From Octopus vulgaris (lineage: Eukaryota), in contig OX597814.1 of assembly GCA_951406725.2 (NCBI GenBank), positions 200,694,001 through 200,758,000 on the forward strand: a stretch of DNA of 64,000 bases, read 5' to 3'. Below are positions 13,270-24,740 of the stretch, one piece after another. The notes beneath the pieces were generated by a model that saw nothing but the letters and a program-made list of their open reading frames with translations, was not told where the DNA came from and ran no database searches. Within the stretch, counting starts at the first letter, position 1. Each line of letters opens with the position of its first letter. A program made the position numbers and the translations under genes.

Positions 13270-13640
13270 GTGGGTGCTTTTTACGTGCCACCGGCACAGA
13301 GGCCAGTCAGGCGGTACTGGCAATGACCTCGCTCGAATCTTTTTACACATGCCTTCAGCACAGGTGCCAGTGAAGCCTGGTAATGATCACGCACGAATCG
13401 TGCCCTTTTACATGCCACGGGTTTGGAAGCCAGTTGGCTGCTCTGGCAGCGATCACACTCGGATGCTGCTCTTGGCACCCTACTAGCAAAGACACAAGTG
13501 CCAGAAAGGCGACATTGGTAACGATCATACTCAAATGGTGCCCTTTTATGTGCCACTGGCACGGAAGCTGGTTAACCGCTCTATCAACAATCACACTCGT
13601 ACGGTGCTCTTTGCACTCCGCTAGCACGGATGCCAGTCAT
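13270..13640. repeat. about six degenerate 60-70 bp tandem units in the RTE 3' UTR
   Basis: Recurrent TGC(C/T)TTTTA(C/T)(G/A)TGCCAC...GCCAG...GATCACACTCG pattern. Confidence 0.75.
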
Positions 13641-14714
13641 CGAATTGATTTTAATTTTGATTTCACTTGCTTGAACAGGTCTTCGCAAGCAGAGTTTAGT
13701 GTCCAAAGACGGAAAAGGTATGCATAAGTGGGCTGATTACGCTACTGGTATAGGCCACAGGTTATGGTCTCATTTGGCTTGCCGGGTCATCTCAAGCACA
13801 GCATATTTCCAAAAGTCTCGGTCTATAGTCATTTCCTTGGTGAGGCCTAATGTTCAAAAGTCGTGCTTCACCACTTCATCCCAGGTCTTCCTGGGTCTAC
13901 CTCTTTCACAGGTTCCCTCAACTGCTAGGGTGTGACACTTTTTCACACAGCTATCCTCGTCCATTCTCGCTACATGACCATATCAGCACAGTCGTCTCTC
14001 TTGCACACCACATCTAATGCTTCTTAGGTCCAACTTTTCTCTTAAGGTACTTACACTCAGTCGAGTCTGCACACTGACATTACACATCCATCGGATCATG
14101 CTGGCTTCATTCCTTGTGAGCTTACGCATGTTCTCAGCAGTCACAGCCCATGTTTCACTGCTGTGTAGCATGGCTGTTCGTACAAATACAGTCTACCTTT
14201 TACTCTGAGCGAGAGGCCGTTTGTCACCAGTAGAGGTAAGAGCTCTCTGAACTTTGCCCAAGCCATTGTTATTCTAGCAGTTACACTTTCAGCGCACGCT
14301 CCCCCGCAACTGACTTGGTCACCTAGGTAACGGAAGCTATCAACTACTTCTAGTTTTTCTCCCTGGAATGTGGCGGAAGTTGGTCTCTGCGCATTTTCAA
14401 TGTTTATCGCTCCCGAGCATCTGCCACATACAAAAATTATCTTCCCAGTTAGCCTTCCTTTGATATTACTGCACCTCCTATGTGTCCATAGGTTACGCTG
14501 GGTACATCTTATAGATTTTCTGCCTACGCCTCTACTACATATTCAGCAGGGCCATCTACCTGAAGGGATTTGAGGTTTGCCTGCCTTCCTACTAATTAGG
14601 ACTTTGGTTTTAACTATGTTGATTCTAAGGCCCTTCAATTCTAATCCTTGTTTCCACACTTGAAATTTCTCTAGTTCTGATAGTGACTCAGCAATTAGAG
14701 CATAGAGGAGCTCC

Positions 14715-15510
14715 CATCAATGACTTGCCCAACGACCTCACGCAACACACCCTTCTATTTGCCGACAATGTCAAACTGGTCGCTCCTCGCAATGATATAG
14801 ATGATCTTCGTCGACGCCTCCACCAAGTTTGGAGATGGTCAAACGAATGGGACCCCTGTCTGAACGTGTCAAAGTGCTGTCATCTGCCTGTTGGCTCCTC
14901 TCCTGCAACTCAACTTGATTTCGAGCCAGGTCGTCTGCTGCTGGAGAAGACCGACCAAGTAAAGGACCTGGGTATCTTGGTGGATTCTTCCTTTTCGCCT
15001 TCGGCCCAATGCGTCCATGCTGCCAACAAAGCACGCGGAGTTCTGTTTTTCATTCGACGGTCATTCGGAATGCTCACAGCAGCCATATTCCTACCACTCT
15101 ATGTCATGCCGGTGAGACCCATATTGGAGTACAGGATTCAAGCCTCTTCTTATCATCTGGAAAGAGTTCAGAAGCTGGTTACCTGCATGGTCCTTGGTCT
15201 CAAGCATTTGTCTTATGAAGAAAGGCTGAAAACACTCAACCTTTATTCTCTCAAAAAACGATGACACCGTGGTGATCTCATTCTCGTTCACATCATAAAC
15301 GGAAAGTGTAATCTCTCGAAAGAGCTGTTCTTCACTCCTGCTCTAGAGCGTGGGCTGCAGGGTCATTCCGAAAAGCTCTATCTATGACGATTTCATCTCA
15401 ATCGAAGGAGAGGGGCTTTCTCCGTCTGGGTTGCAGATCCATGGAATAAGCTGCCAGACAAGATAGTGAAGATGCCGACGACCGCTCGGTTCAAAGTCTC
15501 TCTCGACCAT
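14715..15510 (+). mobile_element. CR1/L2-group LINE RT C-terminal fragment inserted antisense in the RTE
   Basis: ORF 14683-15264: INDLP...LLFADNVKL...WRWSNEW..LNVSKC...KDLGI...VRPILEY...LERVQK...LSYEERLKTLNL, followed by RGDLI and WNKLP motifs. Confidence 0.9.
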
Positions 15511-16699
15511 GTCCATTGAACTCGCCAGCCAAGAACAGAAGGTCCCTGTCATTCGTCAACAAGGTAGTCTGCAAGAGGGTGTCATAGAATCGGTCTTTCT
15601 GTCCATCAGGTAGCCCTGGCTGAGGGGCATAGGCCAAGATAACCCATGATGGAGCACTAATCTAATCTTAAGTATTCTGTCGCATACTCTGACTACATCA
15701 ATTACCTTATCTACCCATTTCTCCGCAAGAAGTATACCCACACCCCCAAACCCCGTCAGTGTTCCCTGCCCAGAAAATCTTATACCTGTGTTCTTTGCCT
15801 GTGAGGAAACTAGCGGAACACTTACTTCTTGGATGCAGCAAATATCGACATCTCCGTTCAAGCATTTCAACAATCTCACCAGACCTACCTTTCAGTGTGC
15901 CGACGTTGAGAGTGCCAACCCTGAGGGTGTGGGAGGTATGGGCCCTAAAGACCCTAGGATGGCGGACAGCGGAGTCATATACCTGAAAAGAGAGCTCGCG
16001 TTTGGCAGAATTCATAGCAACAATAGTCTTAAGTTCGACCTGTGTACACTACACTATCATATTTTGCACTGTATGATCACTACCTTATATAGTAGGGGTG
16101 AGGTTGGCATAAGGACTTTAGAAGTGTTCATGGGAGGCAACCAAGGATGATGAAATAGAGACATCCGGTACAGTGGGAGGGGTGGAAGGGAGGGTGGGTG
16201 AACCGCGAACTAGCAAACATGCGCGAGGAATTGTAAGAAAGATATAGAGTCAGTCAGACAGACAGGGTGAATGCCGATAGATAGAAAGATAGATAGATGG
16301 ATGGGCACATAGTGAGCCAGTGGAAGAGGGGGAGGGTCACATTACACGGGAGGAATGGTTCCAGGGATTTGGAGAAAGACAAAATTAGAGATGAGTGATT
16401 GTGTGGTTGTTATCTCAGCTATCCACAAGAAAGACGAAAATATAGAACTGAAATGAAATGTGTGAGCTAAAGTTATAGTTGTCTTAGACATCAACAGTAA
16501 GACGAAACAATAGAACTTTATTCACATAGTGGCAAGGTGCAGAAATAGACAAAATAAGACAGAAAAGAGGGAAAATAATAAGGGTTTACGATGAATACTG
16601 ACAGAAAATACAATGAGATGTAGATAATAAGTTGAAAGTCAAAATCTCTTGTAGGAACATTATTACCATGAATATCCTTGTGCGATAACGTCCTTTTTC

Positions 16700-17639
16700 T
16701 GCAGGTATATGATAACACCACAATGCCAAATTTTGTCCATTTTCAAGAGGATTCACTACCAGTTATTTTTGAAGTCTTCTTTAAACAGTCAAATGTCAGT
16801 TTACTTGGAAATGAACCATGCAGTTATTAATAAAAACAGCTAAAATCAATTCATACAAGATTTCAGAGCTCTAGCATCACTCCTTCAACCTATGGACTTT
16901 CGGCCCATCCTCATACTATGTATGCAATTTAGGCTATCACTGCTATCTATCTTGACATTATTTCTCCTTTCCAATCTCTCTTATACCCTTTTCTGACAAG
17001 TTGTAATGCACCTGAGGCTGTTGACAATATATATAGCAGATTTTTCTTGAATATAATTTCATTTAAACCAGAGTTTCATATATCATTCTTTTTTAATTTT
17101 GGTATTTTTCTCCAATTTATACTTAAAATACACCTGTTTACTTCTTCCACCCTTTGAATCAGTTTAATTTTCTATTGCTGTAGTTGTCTTAATATGGAGT
17201 CGCATCTAATAAATCAATTTTGAAAGAAATCAGTGATATTCCCACTTAGTTAAACCCAAGTACTAACATTTTTATTTATTTTTGGTACTATTTTCATAAC
17301 TCTAGCAAAGCCAAAGAATATTTCCCTAATCCTTTTTCCAACAATTTTCTAATTCCTTAGACAGAGATGTTTGACTATCCAATAGCACTTATTTCAAATT
17401 TATTTTAATGTTTCTGGTTCACTTATATGTTTAATTACTTTCTGACTACTGTTTCCTTTGCTATTTTTTTTGAAATATTAGATTTTAAACACATTACTAC
17501 CGTCTTACATTAATGTTTAACGGAATCCCTATTCCCATATTGTGTTCCAGCCATGATCTTTTATTAATGTTCCATCAATCTTATTCTGTTGCTTAATGCT
17601 GTTCATTTTGAGATTTTCTTTAAATTCTTTACTTGTAAC
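16700..17639 (-). pseudogene. decayed coding-like block behind a candidate splice acceptor
   Basis: TTTTTGAAG|GTTACA acceptor at 17640/17639 opens VTSKEFKENLKMNSIKQQNKIDGTLIKDHGWNTIWE*, then purine-rich frames with many stops; family not recognised. Confidence 0.25.
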
Positions 17640-19609
17640 CTTCAAAAATCAGAATGAATAAAAACAAAAATCAAACTTTGACATATTAACATTTGATGCA
17701 ATTCTTCAAGCCTTCAGGCTCCCAAGTTTGAAACTAGTCATTCCTTTAGAATATTTTCAGTTTTTTCATAGACTATTTATACATTACCATATAGAGGGGA
17801 AAAAACTTCATAGCCATGAGATAACAAGGCAGTATATAAAAATAAATTTCGAATCTCACATAATACTAGTGAGAACATTTAAATGAAGGAATTTCTTTAA
17901 GGTGTAATAATGCTGTAAACAAAATATCAATTGACCACAAGACAGCTAGTAATTTATTGTTAAAACCATTCATTCCCAATTGAGTCTTAACCTGTGATTA
18001 CATGAACAAATTCATACAATAAAATATAACCAAGTGGAATTGGGCAGTTAATGATTACATATAATCACTTATGTTTTGGAAACTAAAAGAAAGTGATGCA
18101 TAAGATTTGGGATATTGCAAATTTGTCCGTTAATAACAATAAAAGGTTCGAGCTTTGTTACTGTCTAAATTGTCAGAAGTTGCACACATAAATAAAAGAA
18201 TTTGTCAGACAATAAGTGGCCATTTATGCCATAAGCAAGAGAGTGACAAATTTGATGAATAAAGTGAGCAAATTTCAATAAGTTTGTGTATTGTGAAAAC
18301 ATGATGCAAATATTTTTGATTTGAAAATATGTTACGAAGAGAGAGTTTTGCAAACGAATGAGAAGAAATAATCTAGAAATGGATGAGATTTTGCAAGTTT
18401 AAGAAAGAGAGAGATTTGCAAGTGAAGAGAGGGAAAAATATGAGGGAGAGAGAGAAACAAATCATTGAAAGGAAGGGAGAAAGAATTATAAGTAGACAAG
18501 AGAAACAAACAGATGACAGATTCACACATCTACAAGAACGAGTCAAGAATTACACTGAGAACAATCAAGGATTGACTGACTGAAAAAGAAAAGCATTTTA
18601 TAAATTTAATGAAGTCTTTAGTATCATTCAAAAAGGATAAAAATAACTTAAGTTGAATTAGATGCTTCATAATCAATGTCTTTATGGCTTAAAACACTTT
18701 TTATACAAAATTAAATGAGTGACAAGATGATCTTAAAGTTAGATAGAGTGTAAAATTCTTTTGAGATGTTAGTTTGTATGAAGCATAAGTGGTTCATTAT
18801 TTCATGTTATATTTCAATTTACCATCAGTATGTAATGTATAAATTTTCTTCTGCATTTTCACTAAATATTCACAATACAATGTTTTAAAATTGATAATGA
18901 AACAAAAATTTGCTGTTCAATTCACATATACATGCCCTGTAGGTGGGTATAGTGTTCAATACCTTCTCAGAAATGATTTCCAATTCATTATAAAATTGAT
19001 GATTGAAGTTCTGAATATCAATGTATAAATACCATTGTAACTTTCAAATATTGTATAATAAAAATTGATCTCAGAATTTTGACCCTATGTCTCCAGCTGT
19101 TCAATCACTGTAAGTGGCTGAGTATCTCACAGACACACTCTATATACTTCTCAGTGTGACAAGGGTGAATCTAACTTACAATTCATCTGCAAGGCTTCTA
19201 CACACTTTCTATTTACCCAGTTTTACTCACAAGAAAGGAATCAATTTAAATGTTATCAAAAATATTACCCAAAATGCCATGCAGCAGAATCAAAACTGAT
19301 GCCTTATGATTATGAAGCAAACTTCTAAACCATTTGGCCACACTGTGCACAAATACATGATGTATAGATATATACATACATGTGTTTTGTATCTGGTAGT
19401 CTGCTGACATCACTTGGAGTTTGGTTTAATGTGATTTTCTACACAAGTCTATAGAAAAAACTCTTCTTAAAATTCTAAAGCCTGCCTTTTACATTCTAGT
19501 ATACAAGAAATTGTTAAAATCAGACATGTGCTAATACTATGTGTGTGTAAGTAAATATTTTTTGTTGTCAAAAACATCTTTCATAAAGTTTAATATGTAA
19601 TGCAGTTTT

Positions 19610-19820
19610 TAAAGTGGCAACCTGGCAGAATCATTAAACACACTGGGCACAATGCCTACTGGTATTTCACTTGTCTTTACATTCTGGGATCAAATGCTGC
19701 CAGGGTCGACTTTACCTTTCATCTGCTTCAGGTCGATAAATACCAGTTGATCACTGGGGTTGATGTAATTGACTTTATCCTCCCCCAAAATTTCAGGGCT
19801 TGTTCCAAAATTTGGAACCA
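19610..19820 (+). mobile_element. SINE family A, diverged
   Basis: CTGGCAGAATC head and GGTCGACTTTACCTTTCATC core. Confidence 0.75.
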
Positions 19821-19921
19821 ATATGTAAGGGGGTTTCTTAATTGACTTTACTTATGCTAATTGTCTACCTTGAGCCTTCATACATGTTACATGCTTGGTT
19901 CAGTTTGATGACAAATGTTAT

Positions 19922-20275
19922 AGGTGCAGGCATGACTGTGTCGTTACGAAGTGAGCTTCTTCAGGTTCAGTTACACATTGGGCAAGTGTTTATTAAAATT
20001 CTGGGCCAAACAATGACTTGTGAGTGAATTTGATAGAAACTATGTGGAATCCTATTGTGTGTGTGTATGTGCGCACATGTGTGTTTGTCATTACATCATT
20101 CAATAACCAGTGCTGCTTTGTTTACATCCTTGTAACTTGGTTTGGCAAAACACACTGTTAAAGTACCAGATTTTACAAAAAAAAATACATACAAGAATGA
20201 TTTGTTCAACTAAACCTTTCAAGATTGTGCCCCAATATAGCTACAGTCCAATGAACTGACACAAGTAAGATATAT
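19922..20275 (+). mobile_element. SINE family B, diverged
   Basis: GGTGCAGGCATGACTGTGT head, (TG)n middle, GCCCCAATATAGCTACAGTCCAATGA tail. Confidence 0.65.
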
Positions 20276-20451
20276 AAAACATTATGCAATTTGTGAAGCA
20301 TATTTTATATCAGTTTTATCTAAATGAAAAACTATTTATAGAATTTACTCTCATAATGGATAGGTCTAATTCCCTATCATAAATGTCTTGAGACATCTTG
20401 TCCATGGACAAACTGAAAACAATACCTCTGCTTTTGCTAAGGTGGAGGTAT

Positions 20452-20735
20452 ATAATAATAATAATTCTTTTATTGGCCACAAGGGCTGACAAAAATTAAT
20501 TATAACATAAAGGGACAAAACACAAGACGAAAGTTACAAAGGGTTTTGTCTGTTTGAAAATCCGTGTAAAAAACAGTATAACAACGGAAATATTTAACAA
20601 TGAAAACTCCCAATAGGGGGAGGCGCTTAGAAAGGTTCCTGGTGGAAAAACCCATAAAAGCCACGAGAGCTTGGTCAAAGGGGGGAGGGGTTAGAGAGCC
20701 CCTTTCTCCTTTTGTAATACCTTTTTCTTACAGGT
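20452..20735 (-). mobile_element. non-LTR retrotransposon 3' end
   Basis: Minus strand ends AATAAAAGAA followed by a (TTA)n tail; clade not established. Confidence 0.45.
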
Positions 20736-20829
20736 GTAATATAATAATGCCAATAATATTTACAGTTATAATTCTAATACAAGAACAAGGCCTGAAATTT
20801 ATGGGAGGGGAATAGTCGCTTAACCACAA

Positions 20830-22135
20830 TGAGTTTAGCAACAAAGCACCTCACAATTATTACCATTACTTGGAAATGTTGCATCAATTTTAAGCAAATG
20901 ACAAAAAAATACCCACAATTCCATCAAATGTTTATCATCTTCAAAGCCATAGAACTTGCAGAGAGTAACTTGAACTTTACAATTTACTACCAAATCTCCA
21001 CCTATTTTCCTGTTTAGTGGCACAAATAGACTCTGGGATCACTTCAAGATTTTTCCTTTAAATTCCTTGATTTCTTGAACAAGGGTACCAAAAAATGTTT
21101 GATATACTTTCAAAAGTCAGACTTCCTCCAAGCTACAAGAAAGCTGGTCTATTGATACTGATACAGAACTATACCTTAAATCCAGCTGGACTTTTTATTT
21201 TCTTGTTTTTGGTAATTTGTTCTGACCAGGAAATTCCACTTGAATATGAACATTTTTCTGCTGGTGTCTGTTGAATTACACTGATATGTAACCGACTTCT
21301 TTCTCAGCCTTCAGTTAATTAAGTCACTTCAGCATCATCTCATTAAGCCTCTCGTAAATCAGAGCTTGCATGTTGAAAGACATTTAATACAGTAGTTATC
21401 TTCATGGAAATTGGTTTGCAATTTCAAAGCAAAGAAGAGACACAAACAGTATTACTGCATCTCCAATGGATCTGGTGGGTTACCTTCACATAACTGGATC
21501 TGAAATTGTACCAGAGCCATAAAAACATTCCACATTCTCAAAGCGGCTTCTTTACTAGCTCAGCTTATATCAAAGAGCATTTTTGTTTTCTTGAACAAGA
21601 GGCTCAAAGTAAAATGCAAAGTTTAGCTTCTAGGACAATGAAATGAAACAACTTTTCTACTATGTTAAAGACTGAATGAAAAAGGTGGCTCAATTTTCAC
21701 TTTCTGTATATGCTGAAAGAAGTCAGTGTGCAGGGCAGTGAACCTTTTACACAGTGGAGAAAAATCTGAAATCGCCTTGAGTGATCCACTCCCGTTAGTA
21801 GCTCCTTCATACTCTCAACATGTTTTCTACACAAAACTGTTTCTGCCCCACAAAAACATATGGCTTTCTCTTTTGTTTGGCATTTGTAGATTACATCACT
21901 CTGATTTCATCAAACACAGAGCATATGAGAAAAAGGCAACTGTTCAGTGTGGGAAAGATGGCAGTTCATCCATAACAAATGTAAATATTGTTGTTCAGTT
22001 TCAGTTGACATTGATTTTCTTAACTATGTAACCAGAGACTTGATTATATCATTCTCAATACAGTTTGAGAGCATCAGCTCTTGTTTTTCACTCAAAACGA
22101 GGCACAATGCACATCATTTACATGGTTCTTGATGA
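20830..22135 (-). pseudogene. decayed coding-like block (~1.3 kb)
   Basis: Non-repetitive, moderately GC; minus frames such as CALCLVLSEKQELMLSNCIENDIIKSLVT*LRKSMSTETEQQYLHLLWMNCHL and MQALIYERLNEMMLK*LN*LKAEK are broken by stops and frameshifts. Confidence 0.3.
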
Positions 22136-22149
22136 TACTGTCGTACTTG

Positions 22150-22405
22150 GTGAACGGCCCCCGTGCCGGTGGCACGTAGCACCATCCGTCCGTGGCCGTT
22201 TGCCAGCTCCGTCTGGCACCTGTGTGGGTGGCACATAAAAAGCACCCACTACACACTCATGGAGTGGTTGGCATTAGGAAGGACATCCAGCCGTAGAAAC
22301 ACTGCCAGATCAGACTGGGCCTGATGCAGCCTTCTGGCTTCACAGACCCCAGTTGAACCGTCCAACCCATGCTAGCATGGAAAGCGGATGCTAAATGATG
22401 ATGAC
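22150..22405 (+). mobile_element. RTE-3'-tail repeat (family C)
   Basis: AAAAAGCACCCACTACACAC...CCAACCCATGCTAGCATGGAAAGCGG and a GATGATGA tail. Confidence 0.85.
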
Positions 22406-24185
22406 TTAAACTTAGTATTCCTCTAATGGAAAGGTAAAATATAAAATATGACTATGAGCATAGACTTCTGGTAAACTAACATACATATTAGTTATAAACA
22501 CAATCATATTTTAGTCATTTTTTCCTGCAATTTCTAAATCTTAATTAGTAATATACTTTTAACATTACATCTTTTTTTTGTGCTGTTTGCAGATGCAATT
22601 CTCAACAGATTAAATACATTTTCCTTATATTTGCATCTCTTTTGGTTGTGGTGATACCAATTTCATTATAAAAATAAATCTATTCAGACAGGTCACATTA
22701 ACAAAAGACTCAGAAGTCAAATTTTTACTTGTAGCTAAATCTTGCCTGATAAGGATTTTTAGAAAGGATATGAAGGATCTATTGTAGCTGACATAACTAT
22801 ATAGAAAAATGGCATTATTTCTTAATATACATATGGTGAATTCTTTTCAAAAATCAATTTCATATAAAAAATGTAATGGTTTTGATAGGTTGTTGAATGT
22901 ATTTATCAATTTAAAAACATTAATTTTAACATCTGCACCTTGGTGAATGCACCAAACCTGATTTAAATATTCTTTTCTACTCTAGGCACAAAGGCCGAAA
23001 TATTTGGAGAGGTGGGGGCCAGTTGATTAGATTGACACCGGTATGCAACTGGTACTTAATTTATCGTCTCCAAAAGGATGAAAGGCAAAGTTGACCTTGG
23101 TGGAATTTGAACTCAGAACTATATTTTTTAAGAATTTTACTAAAAGGATGTTCAGGTGATGCAAAAAGGGCAGGGTGCGAACCTGAGACAACTATTGGTA
23201 ATTATACACATATACAATTTCAAGGAAACAATGAATTGGTGTTTTCAGTTTAGCTTTACTATTGCTTCAGTCAATTTATTCTTAGTGTCTTGTCTTTGCA
23301 AATTCATATCATTGAGGTTCAGAAATTTCATTTATGCTTCAGAAAGTCATTTAACTTTACAATGTAAGCAATTATACTGTGTGAACATCAGATTCAGTAT
23401 TGTCCAGCTGTGTCTGAGGTAGACTAATCATGAATGAAAAAGTATTGAAGCATTTATGAAAAGAGATAAATTAATGATAAATGCATAGATAGTCACAAAA
23501 CCATTTGTGAGGAAAGTACAGTCAATGAAATAAACTTGCATTTAACTGATGGCAATTTCATCATACCAGAAACTTAAGAAAAATTAAATTGCTTCATATC
23601 ACAAATATTACAGAAATATAGTTCTATATATTTTTTCTTTTCATATTCACATTTGGTTTTTTATAAGGAATTGTAAATTAAGATTCTATTGGATTAAACT
23701 TTTGGAGACTTAGGCAGAATTAATCTTTCTCAGATCATTACCTTGATCTCAAATTTATCAAAATATCCAATGAAGAAGCCTCTGTGGCCTTTCAATCAGA
23801 AAAAAAACCCCACTTGAATCTCTCAACTCACACAAAAGGAGACAATGTGGCCCTAAATACTTCAGCAAGACAACATGGTAATAGCTGGAAAGCCTGTCCT
23901 TAGATCTGCTCAATTTGGGCTGTCCTGGGTCTAAACAAGGACCAAAAGACTTCAAAAGTTCTATTCTCTAAATTGCTAGAAATATTCAGATGTGAACTGA
24001 TTAATAAATTTCTACGTAAAATTGCATGAGATATAAAAGTTTGAAATATTCAATACTTCATTTCTTTAAGACTGAAAAACAAAATTGGGCAGTGGTAAAG
24101 TTCTGCTTTTTGCTTAATGTTGTCACTTTTAACACCTTTTGCTTTAAATCTAGCAACAATGTAAAAAAATATTTAAAAAAAACAT

Positions 24186-24740
24186 TTGCAAACAGAAGAT
24201 AGTTTCTGTTACCTAGGCAACCAAATTAGCAATGGTGGAGGATGCACTGAAAGTATTGTTTCTAGAATAAGAATAGGGTGGAGGAAGTTCAGGAAGCTAT
24301 TACCTCTGTTGGCAACAAAAGGACTCTCACTCTCAGAGCGAAAGGTAGATTGTATGATATTTGTGTGTGAAAGGCTGTACTGCATGATAGTGAGACATGG
24401 GCTCTGAATGCAGAGGACATGTGTAGACTGGAGAGAAATGAAGGTAGTATGCTCCATTGGATGTATAACATCAGTGTGCATGTACAACAAAGTGCAAATG
24501 TATTGAGAGAAAAGTAGGGCATGAGTGGAATCAAATTTAGCATGCAAGAGAGAAGACTACGTTGGTTTGGAGATATGATGCGTATAAATGAGGACAGCTG
24601 TGTAAAGAACTGCTGATTCCTGAAACTGGATGGTACCTGCAGAAGAGGGAGACCAAGAAAGACATGGAACCAAGTGGTAAGTTCCAATCTCAGGATGTTG
24701 GGCTTCACAGCAGAAATGACAGCAATATGAGGTTCTACAG
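24186..24740 (+). mobile_element. RTE LINE C-terminal fragment
   Basis: DSFCYLGNQIS.GGGC.ESIVSRIRIGWRKFRKLLPLL, then SETWAL and RRLRWFG; homologous to 13850-14350. Confidence 0.85.

Larger units (their letters stand above)
13112..16400 (-). mobile_element. RTE-clade LINE, internally deleted and interrupted
   Basis: APE endonuclease (LRVGTLNVGTL, VDICCIQEV, GVGILLAEKW, GEFNGH) at ~15510-15940; RT C-terminal part (WELLYA, INIVKTK, SETWAVT, IRWMCNV) at ~13850-14714; 3' UTR with tandem units and a (TGA)n tail at 13112. 5' boundary approximate. Confidence 0.9.

Noticed and set aside
13270-13640. CRISPR-like periodic repeats
   Set aside because: Whole units are degenerate copies with no unique spacers, they lie in a LINE 3' UTR, and the context is eukaryotic with no cas genes.
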